NCBI GenBank assembly: GCA_046160785.1
Contig: JBJXHE010000076.1
Coordinates: 8,220-72,219, forward strand
Source of the DNA: Planctomycetota bacterium
GTDB taxonomy: Bacteria; Planctomycetota; UBA1135; JACQFD01
Reading direction: 5' to 3'
DNA: 64,000 bases
The translations under genes were made by a program, and so were the position numbers. The notes below the pieces were generated by a model. The model did not search any database. It saw only the letters and a list, made by a program, of their open reading frames with translations, and was not told the DNA's origin. Each line of letters opens with the position of its first letter. The stretch's first letter is position 1. This document shows, piece after piece, positions 10,775-24,528 of the stretch.

Positions 10775-11542
10775 TCACTTCTTCTTCACGGGTCCGCCCT
10801 TTTGCGACGCTTTCTTCACAGCGGGCTGCGCCTTCGGCACCGGCGGCGGCGAAGTCGCCGCGCGTAACATAACAAATCCGCCGGTCGGACCCGCGACGGG
10901 TCCGTTTAGATATATCAAATTCTTTTCAGCGTCGACGTCGTGAACTTTAATATTCTTCGACGTGCTGCGAACGGCGCCCAGGTGCTTGCCCATGCGCGTT
11001 CCGCGGAATGTATGCGATGGGTCGGCGGACGATCCTACAGATCCGGGCTGGCGAATATTCATGGAGCCGTGGCTCGCGGGTCCGCGGCTGAAATGGTGCG
11101 CGCGGATCGTGCCCATGAACCCCTTTCCCTTGCTGGTTCCAATGATGTCTACTAATTCGCCCTTCACGAAGGAAGCTACAGTTACGGTATCTCCAATATT
11201 AGCTTCCGGTAATTGTTTAACGCGCGCTTCGCGGATGAATCGCAGCGATTTGCCGACGCGCGCCTTTTCCGTTTTATTAGGGTCGCTTTTCTTAGCTTCG
11301 GCGCCATTCTTAGCAACACCCAATTCGCCAAGAACGGGTCGCGACAAAACCTTCGGGCGGCATTCTTCGTACCCGAGCTGGATCGCCGCGTACTTTTCGT
11401 TTTGTTTAGATTTGCGAAGCGCCAATACATAACACGGACCCGCATCGACGACCGTGACCGGAACTACAATTCCGTCTTCGGTGTATCGCTGCGTCATTCC
11501 GCGCTTGCGGCCAAGGATATATTTTAACGCGAGTTCAGCCAT
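10775..11542 (-). CDS. rplC: 50S ribosomal protein L3, with a Pro/Lys-rich tail
   Basis: GRKRGMTQ start region and GKGFMGTIRAHHFSRGPASHGS motif. C-terminal PPPVPKAQPAVKKASQKGGPVKKK. Confidence 0.95.
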   Translation of the reverse strand: MAELALKYILGRKRGMTQRYTEDGIVVPVTVVDAGPCYVLALRKSKQNEKYAAIQLGYEECRPKVLSRPVLGELGVAKNGAEAKKSDPNKTEKARVGKSLRFIREARVKQLPEANIGDTVTVASFVKGELVDIIGTSKGKGFMGTIRAHHFSRGPASHGSMNIRQPGSVGSSADPSHTFRGTRMGKHLGAVRSTSKNIKVHDVDAEKNLIYLNGPVAGPTGGFVMLRAATSPPPVPKAQPAVKKASQKGGPVKKK

Positions 11543-11627
11543 GGGAAGTCTTAGTATTTTCGATTGCTATATTAGCTAATGACTATAGTGTATATTTAGC
11601 TTTTGTTATTAAGCCTTGATGCGCCCT

Positions 11628-11933
11628 TTAAGCTTTGATTCGGATGTCGACGCCAGCCGGCATATTTAGTTTCGAAAGCGCGTCGACCGTCTTGCTCGTC
11701 GGCTCCGAAATGTAAATTAAACGTTTGTGAGTGCGGATTTCGAATTGCTCGCGCGACTTCTTATCCGTATGCGGCGATCGCAAAACTGTGTAACGCTCAA
11801 TTCGGGTCGGAAGCGGAATCGGTCCGGACACACGAGCCCCCGTACGCTTGGCAGTCTCGACAATATCAACTGCCGATTGATCCAGCGTTTCGTGATCGTA
11901 AGCCTCCATTCGGATTTGTATCTTCTCCTTCAT
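11628..11933 (-). CDS. rpsJ: 30S ribosomal protein S10
   Basis: [14 protein letters not shown]...GPIPLPT...[14 protein letters not shown]. Confidence 0.96.
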   Translation of the reverse strand: MKEKIQIRMEAYDHETLDQSAVDIVETAKRTGARVSGPIPLPTRIERYTVLRSPHTDKKSREQFEIRTHKRLIYISEPTSKTVDALSKLNMPAGVDIRIKA

Positions 11934-12185
11934 GGGGTGTCGGTGTGGTTAATTGTAGTGTTGGTTTTGTTTAGAAGTTGGGCGGACGAATTGGCAGACG
12001 AAGTTTCAAAGGTCAGCGACAGTTCGAATAACGGCGCGCCGACAATTGCAGCATTCCGTCAATAAATAGCGCGCTTGGTTTGATCGCGACTTCCGGGATA
12101 TCCCGGTGCCAAAAAGGGCCGAGGAATTTATCGGGGCTCCGCTACGCGGTCAACAGGGTCTCGTGCCCCTGCTATGAAATCTTAA

Positions 12186-14261
12186 TTATGCGCCCGTGAC
12201 TTCGCGTCGAATTCTGTCGGGAACCGGAGCATAACGGTAAGGTTCGAGCGAGACAGCCGCGCGCCCCTGCGAGAGAGAGCGCAGCGCAGTTGTATAGCCG
12301 AATGTCTCGCCGGCAGGCACCGTTCCCCTCACGATGCGCAGCGAATCTTCGACGTCGAGGTTTTCTACAATTCCGCGGCGCGTCTGCAGATCATTAAGAA
12401 CGCCCGAGAGAAATTCGCCCGGGCAGCGCAGCTCAAAACGCAAAATTGGTTCTAACAAATCGCCCTTTGCCTCTCGCATCGCTTTTTGTAGTGCTTCCGT
12501 GGACGCTGCCTGCGCGGCCACATCTGTAGTATCGACGGTCCATACTATTTCTTCGAGAACAACTTCAATATTCACCGCAGGAAAGCCAAAATTAGCTCCC
12601 GACTGCACCGCCTCTTCCAGCGATTGTTGCAATCCGCGCGACGCGGCGCGCAGCGGCATATTCGATGATATTACAATTTCGTTGCGAATGCTTACTTTCG
12701 GTTTTGTTTCATTCGACGGGCGCACCGACACCGTCGCGCTTGCATACAATTTTCGGCCGCCGATTTCGCGATCGAATACATACGTTGCCTTCGCCTCGTT
12801 CAGCACCGTTTCGCGATAGGATACAAATGGCTTTCCCGCATTTGTAGCAACACGCTGTTCGCGTTCGAGCCGGTGGCGCAGCACTTCTAAATGTAATTCC
12901 CCCATTCCTGCAATAATAACCTGCGCGGTTTCCGCGTCGGTGCGCGCGCGAAAGGTAGGATCCTCGCGTTCGAGGCGTTTCAGCGCTTCTAACAATTTGT
13001 CGCGGTCGGCGGTGCTCTTGGGTTCGAGCGCCATCGAAATCACGGGCTCCGCGAATTGTGATTTTTCAAGAATGATAGCTTTGCCGCGCTCGTGGAGCGT
13101 GTCACCGGTTACGGTTTCCTTGAGTCCGGGAATTGCAACAATATCGCCGGCGTAGGCCTCTTCGATTTGTTTGCGATCATTCGCATGCATTCTAAATAAA
13201 CGATTCGCGCGCTCGGGTTTTCCCGTCCGGGCATTATAAACTAAGTCGCCCGACTTTAACGTTCCCGAATAGATACGAACGTAGGAAAGGTCGCCGTGTG
13301 CGTCGCCGAATATTTTAAAGACTAATGCGCTGAGCGGCTCGCCAGGGCTGCACTTGCGCATGACCTCTTTTTCTGTAACAGGATCGAAACCCTTCACAGG
13401 CGGCACGTCGAGCGGCGACGGAAGATAAGCTACAATTGCATCGAGAAGCGGCTGAATGCCTTTATTACGAAACGCGGCGCCCATCAGCGTCGGCACCACA
13501 AGGCCTTTTATTGTAGCACGGCGAATGGCGGCTTTTAGCGTTGCGGCGTCGACTTCGGTTCCATTAATAAACATTTCCATAACAATTTCGTCGACCTCGC
13601 CAATTTTCTCGACGAGCTCCGCGCGCGCGTCATTTGCAATATGAACAAACGCTTCGCTGACCGGCGAGACCACCGGCGCGGCGCCGAGGTCATCGATCGA
13701 ATATCGAATTTCTTTAAATTCAACAATATCGACGACGCCTTCGAATTCCTTTTCTTTACCAATCGGCAATTGTAACGCGACGGCATTTGCGCCGAGACGC
13801 TTTCGTATATCTTCAATACATTTCGACGGCACGGCGCCGGGCCGGTCGAGTTTATTCATAAATATCATTCGAGGCACATGATACTTATTCGCCTGCCGCC
13901 AGACCGTTTCGCTCTGCGCCTCGACGCCATTTAAACAATCGAATACTATAATTGCGCCGTCGAGCACGCGCAGCGACCGCTCGACTTCAGCTGTAAAATC
14001 GACGTGGCCGGGCGTGTCGACTAATTGTAGTCGATGCCCCTGCCACGGACAGTTCGTCGCCGCGGCCGTAATGGTTATACCGCGCTGCTGCTCCTCCTCC
14101 ATCCAGTCCATCGTGGCCGTGCCCTCGTGCACTTCGCCGAGCCGGTGTTCAATTCCGGTATAATATAATATTCTTTCCGAAACTGTAGTCTTCCCCGCGT
14201 CGATGTGCGCCGCGATACCAAAGGTTCGTATTTTATCTAGCTCAGGGGATTTCGCTGCCAC
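12186..14261 (-). CDS. fusA: translation elongation factor G
   Basis: GTPase motifs AHIDAGKTT, DTPGHVDF and NKLD, plus EF-G domain IV/V stretches. Lies in the str operon. Followed directly by rpsJ, not tuf. Confidence 0.93.
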   Translation of the reverse strand: MAAKSPELDKIRTFGIAAHIDAGKTTVSERILYYTGIEHRLGEVHEGTATMDWMEEEQQRGITITAAATNCPWQGHRLQLVDTPGHVDFTAEVERSLRVLDGAIIVFDCLNGVEAQSETVWRQANKYHVPRMIFMNKLDRPGAVPSKCIEDIRKRLGANAVALQLPIGKEKEFEGVVDIVEFKEIRYSIDDLGAAPVVSPVSEAFVHIANDARAELVEKIGEVDEIVMEMFINGTEVDAATLKAAIRRATIKGLVVPTLMGAAFRNKGIQPLLDAIVAYLPSPLDVPPVKGFDPVTEKEVMRKCSPGEPLSALVFKIFGDAHGDLSYVRIYSGTLKSGDLVYNARTGKPERANRLFRMHANDRKQIEEAYAGDIVAIPGLKETVTGDTLHERGKAIILEKSQFAEPVISMALEPKSTADRDKLLEALKRLEREDPTFRARTDAETAQVIIAGMGELHLEVLRHRLEREQRVATNAGKPFVSYRETVLNEAKATYVFDREIGGRKLYASATVSVRPSNETKPKVSIRNEIVISSNMPLRAASRGLQQSLEEAVQSGANFGFPAVNIEVVLEEIVWTVDTTDVAAQAASTEALQKAMREAKGDLLEPILRFELRCPGEFLSGVLNDLQTRRGIVENLDVEDSLRIVRGTVPAGETFGYTTALRSLSQGRAAVSLEPYRYAPVPDRIRREVTGA

Positions 14262-14304
14262 GGCCGTATTAATAAATTAAGACTGGATTGTTATAGTTAG
14301 ATTC

Positions 14305-14775
14305 TTAAGAATTCAAGACTGAAAATTTATTAGCGTTGAGTTCGAGGAATTGATTTCGAAAATGATACGGTTCAAGGATGTCATCGCGGCGGCCGCCCAG
14401 AATTGTAAGCGCGATGTAGAGCGCCTCAACGCTTGCGAGCCCGCTTTGTGGATCTTGATAGATTCGCGATTTGCGCGGATAAGCCGACACGAACCCGGCT
14501 GGAATCGATCGTTTAACATGCCGGCCGGTGAGATCATTCATAATTTGCGCGAGATGATGCCATGAAGAATCGACTATTAGTAACGGCCGATCCGCATCGG
14601 CCAGAGTCAGCGCATCGCCGCCGGGATGCAAAAACGTCGTTCCCGAAATATCGATCGGCGTGTCGCGCTGCCAGCCGCGAATTGTAATATTAGGAAGCCC
14701 GCGCAGCGCTGCAATTGTACATTTGCGCGGCGACTCGCGCGCGTCGCGAATGATCAGAACGGGAACCGGCGGCAT
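14305..14775 (-). CDS. Tsr3/DTW-superfamily putative aminocarboxypropyl (acp) transferase
   Basis: By-eye full-length resemblance to archaeal/eukaryotic Tsr3: ESPRKCT, IVDSSW (D-x-S/T-W), LASVEALYIAL, FLELN. ATG at 14775 preferred. The ORF track begins at a TTG at 14817, which would add 14 aa. Confidence 0.6.
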   Translation of the reverse strand: MPPVPVLIIRDARESPRKCTIAALRGLPNITIRGWQRDTPIDISGTTFLHPGGDALTLADADRPLLIVDSSWHHLAQIMNDLTGRHVKRSIPAGFVSAYPRKSRIYQDPQSGLASVEALYIALTILGGRRDDILEPYHFRNQFLELNANKFSVLNS

Positions 14776-14862
14776 TTGATAATTACACTTGTGAAAATGA
14801 CATTTGTTAAAACACAAACGGACCCTTGCGGGTCCGTTGAAATTAGCAAACGAATGCTAAAT

Positions 14863-15336
14863 TTACCAAGCGAAGTGGCTGTACGCTTTGTTGGCTTCCG
14901 CCATTTTGTGAACGTTTTCTTTTTGTAATACCGACGCCCCGGTATTGTTATAGGAGTCGACGAGTTCTTCCGAAAGGCGGATCGACATCGGCTTGCCTTT
15001 CTTTTTTCTAGCATTGTCGACGACCCAGCGCACGGCCAGTGATTGTTGGCGATTCTTGCGGACTTCGCGCGGCACTTGATAGGTCGCACCACCGACTCGG
15101 CGGCTGCGCACTTCAACCTGCGGCTTCACGTTCTCAATCGCTTTTGTAAAGATTTCGAGCTTGTCGACGCCGTTCAGTTTTTTTGATGCAAGTTCGAGCG
15201 CATCATAAAACACTTTTTGTGAAGTCGTCTTCTTGCCATCGTACATCATCTTATTAATGAGTTTCGAGGCGAGCTTCGAATTAAAAATCGGATCGGGCGG
15301 AATCAGCGGGTCGGTGCTTTTGTAACGTCGCGGCAT
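14863..15336 (-). CDS. rpsG: 30S ribosomal protein S7
   Basis: MPRRYKS...DPIFNSKL start and a C-terminal ANKAYSHFAW. Confidence 0.96.
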   Translation of the reverse strand: MPRRYKSTDPLIPPDPIFNSKLASKLINKMMYDGKKTTSQKVFYDALELASKKLNGVDKLEIFTKAIENVKPQVEVRSRRVGGATYQVPREVRKNRQQSLAVRWVVDNARKKKGKPMSIRLSEELVDSYNNTGASVLQKENVHKMAEANKAYSHFAW

Positions 15337-15392
15337 AGCTAAAAAGTAAGATTAGTTAATATTTGTTTTCGCTAGAATGTTAGTAAGTCGAT

Positions 15393-15440
15393 TATTTAGG
15401 ACGCCCAAACTATTTAGGACGCCCAAACTATTTAGGACGC
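15393..15440 (-). repeat. 18-nt tandem repeat (2.7 copies) spanning the rpsL stop codon
   Basis: Plus strand reads tatttaggacgcccaaac twice (15393-15410, 15411-15428), then tatttaggacgc (15429-15440). In rpsL sense this is ...CGTCCTAAATAG TTTGGGCGTCCTAAATAG TTTGGGCGTCCTAAATAA. Confidence 0.9.
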
Positions 15441-15799
15441 TTCGCGCCGTATTTCGATCGGCTCTGGTGGCGGTCTTCGACGCCTGATGTATCTAATGTT
15501 CCGCGCACGACGTGATAGCGCACGCCGGGCAGGTCGCGGACGCGGCCGCCGCGAACAAGAACAATCGAGTGTTCCTGTAAATTGTGCTCTTCGCCCGGAA
15601 TATAAGCCGTGATTTCTTTACCATTCACGAGGCGCACGCGCGCTACAGATCGGAGCGCCGAGTTGGGTTTCTTTGGTGTTTGCTTTTTTACTGCAATACA
15701 AACGCCGCGCTTCTGCGGGCAACCCTGCAAAACTGGCGACTTTGTGCGACGCCGCTGGACGACGCGCGGTTTCTTAACAAGTTGATTGATTGTCGGCAT
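15428..15799 (-). CDS. rpsL: 30S ribosomal protein S12
   Basis: [12 protein letters not shown] start at the internal ATG (15799); the ORF-track start at 15847 adds 16 non-conserved aa. KPNSALR motif present. Confidence 0.96.
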   Translation of the reverse strand: MPTINQLVKKPRVVQRRRTKSPVLQGCPQKRGVCIAVKKQTPKKPNSALRSVARVRLVNGKEITAYIPGEEHNLQEHSIVLVRGGRVRDLPGVRYHVVRGTLDTSGVEDRHQSRSKYGAKRPK

Positions 15800-15948
15800 T
15801 GATACTAATAACAAAACGTTAAAACTGGCAAACCCGTAACGCAGCAAACAGAATTGTCGGCCGTCCTGGGTTTCTAAAATTTAGGGCGAGGAGTGTATGC
15901 GATTTTCCCCCGCCGCCGCAAGACAGCGGGAGAAATGTATGAAATAAA

Positions 15949-18900
15949 CTATGCGGGAAGCGGCATGGCTGACGACATCGGACCGCCCGCAAGCGGACCA
16001 AAATCGCTGCCCGGCGGCAGCAGTCCGGCCATCGTCGTGACGTCGGGAGCCGGCGAGAACGGGCGGTACTTCGTTCCCATCGTTTCGAGGTCGACGTTTT
16101 TCTTAACAATGGTTCTGTAGTGAGAACGGAAGCCGGTGCCGGTCGGCACCATGTGGCCGAGCACCACGTTTTCCTTGAGGCCGATCAGGAAGTCGACGCG
16201 TCCGGCGATCGCCGCTTCGGTCAACACTTTTGTAGTTTCCTGGAACGACGCCGCGGAAATAAACGAATCGGACGACAGCGCGGCTTTGGAAATTCCTAAT
16301 AATAAACCGCGCGCGCGGGGCGACTTTTTCTTATCTTTGCGAAGCCGGTCCTGCTCGTCGCGGAAACGGAATTTATCAATTACGGCGCCCGGCAAAAGGT
16401 TGCTTTCTCCCGGATCTTCGACCTGCACTTTTCGCATCATTTGTCCAACGATAATTTCAATATGTTTATCGTCGATTGTCACGCCTTGTAAACGATAAAC
16501 GCCTTGAATCTCATTTAACAAATAATTTTGAACGGCCTCTTCACCTTGGATTCTTAATATATCATGCGGGACGAACGGACCTTCTGTGAGCGGATCGCCC
16601 GCACGCACGCGGTCGCCGCGGTGTACGCGCAGGTGGCGGCCGACCGGGACAAGGTGTTCGCGCGATTCGTTAGCATCTTCATCCTTAACAACAATGGTGC
16701 GCTTGCCGCGCGACTTGCCGCCAAGTTCAACGATGCCGTCGATTTCAGATACTACAGCTGGATTCTTAGGCTTGCGCGCTTCAAACAATTCCGCGACGCG
16801 CGGCAGACCACCTGTAATGTCCTGTGTGCCGCCGAGTGTGCGCGGCGACTTTGCTAATACTGTTCCGGCGGTGATCCACGCGCCCTGTTCGACTTCGACG
16901 TACGCGCGCTCGGGAATTGGATAAAACGCGATGCTCTGGCCCTTGTCGTCCTGAAGCACAATGTTCGGGTGGAGATCGCCTTTATGTTCAATAACCTGGC
17001 GGCGCTTATGGCCAGACTTAGCATCCTTTTCGACGCGCAGAGTCTTGCCTTCCTCGAGGTCTTCGTATGTAACCATTCCGTCCTTGTCCGCAAGAACGGG
17101 AACGAAGTGTGGATCCCAACGCGCGAGCACCTGGCGCAACGTAACGTCGCTGCCTTCGGATACTAAGATTTCGGCGCCGGCCGCAACTTGATAACGATCG
17201 AGTTCGCGTCCTTTTGCATCATTGAGGACCATTTCGCCGTTGCGATTTAATACAACGTTTTTGCCTTCGCTATTCTTAACGATGCGCAAATTGTCATATT
17301 TAATCTTGCCCGGGCGCTTTGCTTTAATATCGCTTTCTTCAACCGTGCGGCTCGCCGTTCCTCCGATGTGGAACGTGCGCATGGTTAATTGTGTGCCCGG
17401 TTCGCCGATCGACTGCGCCGCGATCATGCCGACCGCGAGACCCTGTTCGACGAGCGCGTTGCGCGAGAGATCCATACCATAACAGCAACCGCAAATACCG
17501 AGGCGCGCTTCGCATGTGAGCGGGCTTCTTACTAATATCTTTTCGTATTGTAAGTCTTCAATTCGCTTTGCGATATCTGTTGTAATAATTTGGCCTTCGC
17601 CAACAATAACATCGTCGGTGATCGGATCGACAATCGTACGAAGCGACGTGCGGCCTTTGATCGCCTGCGCGAGCGTGACCGCCACTTTTTCGCCGCGATA
17701 AACAACCGCTTTTGTAACACCGTTCAACGCGCCGCAATCGTGTTCTGTAACAACCACGTTTTGCGCGACGTCGGCGAGTTTTCTTGTTAAATATCCCGCG
17801 TCGGCCGTCTTGAGCGCCGTGTCCGCGAGACCCTTGCGCGCGCCGTGCGTGGATGAGAAGTATTCTAATACTTTCAATCCTTCGCGGAAGTTACCTTTAA
17901 TTGGCGTTTCGATAATTTTACCATTCGGCTTCGCCATGAGTCCGCGCATGCCGGATAATTGTCGTATCTGATCGACCGAGCCGCGCGCGCCCGAGTGGGC
18001 CATACAATAAATAGGATTGAGGTACGGCTGGCCATCGCGCACGTCGTTTTTCAATTCTTCCATGAGCGCGATACCGGTTCGCTCGCGCGCGGAGGTCCAG
18101 AGGTCGACGATTTTGTTATATCGCTCGCCATCTGTAATAATACCTTTCGCGTATTGGTTGCGAACTTTATTAGCTTCGGCTTCAGCAGCATTAATAATGG
18201 TCGTCTTGCTGCCGGGAAGCTTCATATCATCTTTCGAGAATGAAAGTCCTGCGCGAGTCGCCCATTTGAAGCCGAGTTCCTTAAGACTGTCGAGGAGCCC
18301 GATCGTCGTGCGGCGCCCGAGAAGCTGGTGGCAATCGCTAATGATTCCCTGGATGCCTTTCTTATCAACTTCGTAATTGTAATAACCCATTCCTTTCGGA
18401 AGGATATCATTCAAAATCGCCCGGCCAGGAGTTGTAACAACGGGTTCGCCGAGTTTTTTCGTCGAATCGTTGGTTGTTACATATCCGTGCTGGTTAATGA
18501 CGGCTTCGCGTCCGGTGCGGTCCATGCGGATGCGGCGGCCGGCCTCAAATTTAACTTTAACTTTCGCGTGCGTCGAAACTTTGCCCTGGGAGAATGCTAA
18601 GAAAAGCTCGTCGAATGATGCGAATAATTTGCCTTCGCCCACTTGCGGACCGCGGTCGGCGGATAAGTAGAATAGACCGAGAACAATATCCTGCGACGGA
18701 GCGATGATCGGATTGCCATTCGACGGCGAGAAAATGTTATTTGTAGATAACATTAACGTGCTCGCCTCGATTTGCGCTTCATAGGAAAGCGGAAGGTGTA
18801 CCGCCATCTGGTCGCCGTCGAAGTCGGCGTTAAAGCCCGTGCAAACGAGCGGATGGATTTTGATCGCGTTGCCTTCTATCAATACCGGTTCGAATGCTTG

Positions 18901-20214
18901 AATTCCCATGCGGTGAAGCGTGGGCGCACGATTTAACAATACTGGGTGATCGTTAATAACCTCTTCGAGAATATCATAAACTTCCTCGTCGCGGCGCTCG
19001 AGCATCTTCTTCGCGGATTTGATCGTATCGGCGAGCCCGAGTTCACGAAGTCTGCGAATAATAAAAGGCTGGAAGAGTTCGAGCGCGATCGCCTTCGGAA
19101 GTCCGCACTGATGCAACTTTAATTCTGGACCTACTACAATTACGGAACGCGCCGAATAGTCGACGCGCTTTCCTAACAGGTTTTCGCGGAAACGGCCTTG
19201 TTTACCTTTAATCATGTCCGTCAGCGATTTGAGCGGACGGTTGCTCGAACCGAGCACGGGACGGCGGCATCGGCCGTTATCAAATAACGCGTCGACCGAT
19301 TGTTGTAGCATTCGCTTTTCGTTGCGAATGATCACTTCGGGAGCATTGAGGTCGAGCAGCTTCTTCAGACGATTATTACGATTAATTAGACGGCGATACA
19401 AATCGTTCAAGTCGCTGGTTGCAAAGTTTCCGCTATCTAACAAAACGAGCGGGCGCAGATCCGGCGGAATCACCGGAACGACTTCGAGTATCATCCATTC
19501 GGGGCGATTGCCTGAGTCACGTAACAATTCGACGACCTTGAGGCGTTTAATAATATCCTTAAGGCGTTGTTTACTTTTCGTCGTTGTTAATTCTTTTCGC
19601 AGGCGGATCGAAAGTTCGTTTAATTCTAACTTCTTCAGAAGTTTGCGAATCGCCTCCGCTCCCATGCCCGCTTCAAATTTATTAGCAAATTCGACGCGCG
19701 CCTGGCGGTATTCCTCTTCGGTCAAAAGCTTATATTCGCGGTCTTTCTGCTTCGGGCGAAGCCGCTCGATTCCGCCATCTGTAATAACCACATAATCCTG
19801 GAAATATACAACTCGCTCCAGGTCGGAAACCTTCATATTTAATAGGTTTCCGATGCGCGACGGCGTCGATTTGAAAAACCAAATATGAGCAACCGGCGCG
19901 GCAAGATTAATATGGCCCATGCGCTTCCGGCGCACGCGGCTATGTGTAATCATGACGCCGCACTTATCGCAAACGATACCTTTGTGTTTGATACCTTTAT
20001 ATTTGCCGCACGCGCACTCCCAGTCCTTTTCCGGACCAAAAATGCGTTCGCAGAACAGACCGTCCTTTTCGGGGCGGTACGTTCGATAGTTTATCGTTTC
20101 CGGTTTCTTAACTTCGCCGTACGACCAGGAGCGAATGTCTTCCGGAGAAGCGAGTTTTATCGTGACGGACGCAAAATCGTTAATTCGATCGTAATTAACG
20201 TTAACTTCGGCCAT
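15949..20214 (-). CDS. rpoC: DNA-directed RNA polymerase subunit beta'
   Basis: 1421 aa. Zn-finger CECGKYKG...CDKCGV, catalytic NADFDGDQM, trigger-loop and bridge-helix regions. Confidence 0.98.
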   Translation of the reverse strand: MAEVNVNYDRINDFASVTIKLASPEDIRSWSYGEVKKPETINYRTYRPEKDGLFCERIFGPEKDWECACGKYKGIKHKGIVCDKCGVMITHSRVRRKRMGHINLAAPVAHIWFFKSTPSRIGNLLNMKVSDLERVVYFQDYVVITDGGIERLRPKQKDREYKLLTEEEYRQARVEFANKFEAGMGAEAIRKLLKKLELNELSIRLRKELTTTKSKQRLKDIIKRLKVVELLRDSGNRPEWMILEVVPVIPPDLRPLVLLDSGNFATSDLNDLYRRLINRNNRLKKLLDLNAPEVIIRNEKRMLQQSVDALFDNGRCRRPVLGSSNRPLKSLTDMIKGKQGRFRENLLGKRVDYSARSVIVVGPELKLHQCGLPKAIALELFQPFIIRRLRELGLADTIKSAKKMLERRDEEVYDILEEVINDHPVLLNRAPTLHRMGIQAFEPVLIEGNAIKIHPLVCTGFNADFDGDQMAVHLPLSYEAQIEASTLMLSTNNIFSPSNGNPIIAPSQDIVLGLFYLSADRGPQVGEGKLFASFDELFLAFSQGKVSTHAKVKVKFEAGRRIRMDRTGREAVINQHGYVTTNDSTKKLGEPVVTTPGRAILNDILPKGMGYYNYEVDKKGIQGIISDCHQLLGRRTTIGLLDSLKELGFKWATRAGLSFSKDDMKLPGSKTTIINAAEAEANKVRNQYAKGIITDGERYNKIVDLWTSARERTGIALMEELKNDVRDGQPYLNPIYCMAHSGARGSVDQIRQLSGMRGLMAKPNGKIIETPIKGNFREGLKVLEYFSSTHGARKGLADTALKTADAGYLTRKLADVAQNVVVTEHDCGALNGVTKAVVYRGEKVAVTLAQAIKGRTSLRTIVDPITDDVIVGEGQIITTDIAKRIEDLQYEKILVRSPLTCEARLGICGCCYGMDLSRNALVEQGLAVGMIAAQSIGEPGTQLTMRTFHIGGTASRTVEESDIKAKRPGKIKYDNLRIVKNSEGKNVVLNRNGEMVLNDAKGRELDRYQVAAGAEILVSEGSDVTLRQVLARWDPHFVPVLADKDGMVTYEDLEEGKTLRVEKDAKSGHKRRQVIEHKGDLHPNIVLQDDKGQSIAFYPIPERAYVEVEQGAWITAGTVLAKSPRTLGGTQDITGGLPRVAELFEARKPKNPAVVSEIDGIVELGGKSRGKRTIVVKDEDANESREHLVPVGRHLRVHRGDRVRAGDPLTEGPFVPHDILRIQGEEAVQNYLLNEIQGVYRLQGVTIDDKHIEIIVGQMMRKVQVEDPGESNLLPGAVIDKFRFRDEQDRLRKDKKKSPRARGLLLGISKAALSSDSFISAASFQETTKVLTEAAIAGRVDFLIGLKENVVLGHMVPTGTGFRSHYRTIVKKNVDLETMGTKYRPFSPAPDVTTMAGLLPPGSDFGPLAGGPMSSAMPLPA

Positions 20215-20300
20215 GGGAATGGGTTTCCTTGGTTAGCCTTGGAGTTTAATTAAATTATTTAAGGTTTAATAAATCGCCGGTTTAGTAATTTTAGTAATTT

Positions 20301-24086
<3,786 letters not shown>

Positions 24087-24198
24087 ATTATAATTCGACA
24101 GTTCTTCGGGGCGGCGGTGAACAGATTCGAAAGTTAGTTCCGCAGAAATGTTAATGAACGTAAACGAAGTAATTTCGGATACGGGATTCGTCCAGCCA

Positions 24199-24365
24199 TT
24201 TACAGCCTGTGGAAAAAGCGCTTCTCAATTCAATAATAGAAGTTTTTTGATAGATCGAGGAAAACCGATCGAGGCGTAGCCAAGAGTTACGTCGAAATCG
24301 GTTTGACGAAGAGTTATCAAAAAAGAACATTTTTGAAATGAATGACTTTTGTCACAGGCTGTTAA
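24199..24365 (-). promoter_or_regulatory. long nested inverted repeat (extended RNA stem-loop) in the rplL-rpoB spacer
   Basis: Three concentric arm pairs: tttacagcctgtggaaaaag (24199-24218) / cttttgtcacaggctgttaa (24346-24365); ttttttgata (24243-24252) / tatcaaaaaa (24315-24324); aaaccgat (24262-24269) / atcggttt (24297-24304). Confidence 0.5.
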
Positions 24366-24421
24366 AGGTTGGTACTCATTCTGTGAGTTTTATACACGGA
24401 AAGTACCGAGCCCCCGTTTGG

Positions 24422-24448
24422 TTGAATTCGTTCGACGAACGAATTCAA
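24422..24448 (-). promoter_or_regulatory. perfect 27-nt palindrome (13-bp arms) in the rplL-rpoB spacer
   Basis: ttgaattcgttcg a cgaacgaattcaa. Forms a strong hairpin on either strand with no flanking U-tract. Confidence 0.5.
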
Positions 24449-24500
24449 ACCGCGCAGGGGCGTGAGTTGCGTTTTGAAAACGCTATCAATTCGGCGCATC

Positions 24501-24528
24501 CGTTTGCCAACGATTTCGCTGGCAAACG
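24501..24528 (-). terminator. hairpin just downstream of the rplL stop (possible attenuator or mRNA stabiliser)
   Basis: cgtttgcca (24501-24509) pairs with tggcaaacg (24520-24528), with a 10-nt loop. Sits ~25 nt after the rplL stop. No U-run, so not a canonical intrinsic terminator. Confidence 0.35.

Noticed and set aside
14776-14817. Cys/His-rich N-terminal extension (MCFNKCHFHKCNYQ) of the Tsr3-like ORF as a possible metal-binding module like the TapT Cys cluster.
   Set aside because: It depends on a TTG start 14 codons upstream of a good ATG, and the spacing does not match the TapT C-x-x-C pattern I recall. Kept only as an alternative start to test.
15393-15440. The 18-nt tandem repeat as a CRISPR-like or minisatellite array.
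   Set aside because: The copies are directly adjacent with no spacers, there are only 2.7 of them, and they are a duplication of the rpsL terminal codons.
24422-24448. Palindrome with two EcoRI sites (gaattc) as a cloning scar or restriction-related site.
   Set aside because: The context is a native-looking spacer with other RNA-type hairpins. A 13-bp-arm palindrome is adequately explained as an RNA or protein-binding hairpin.
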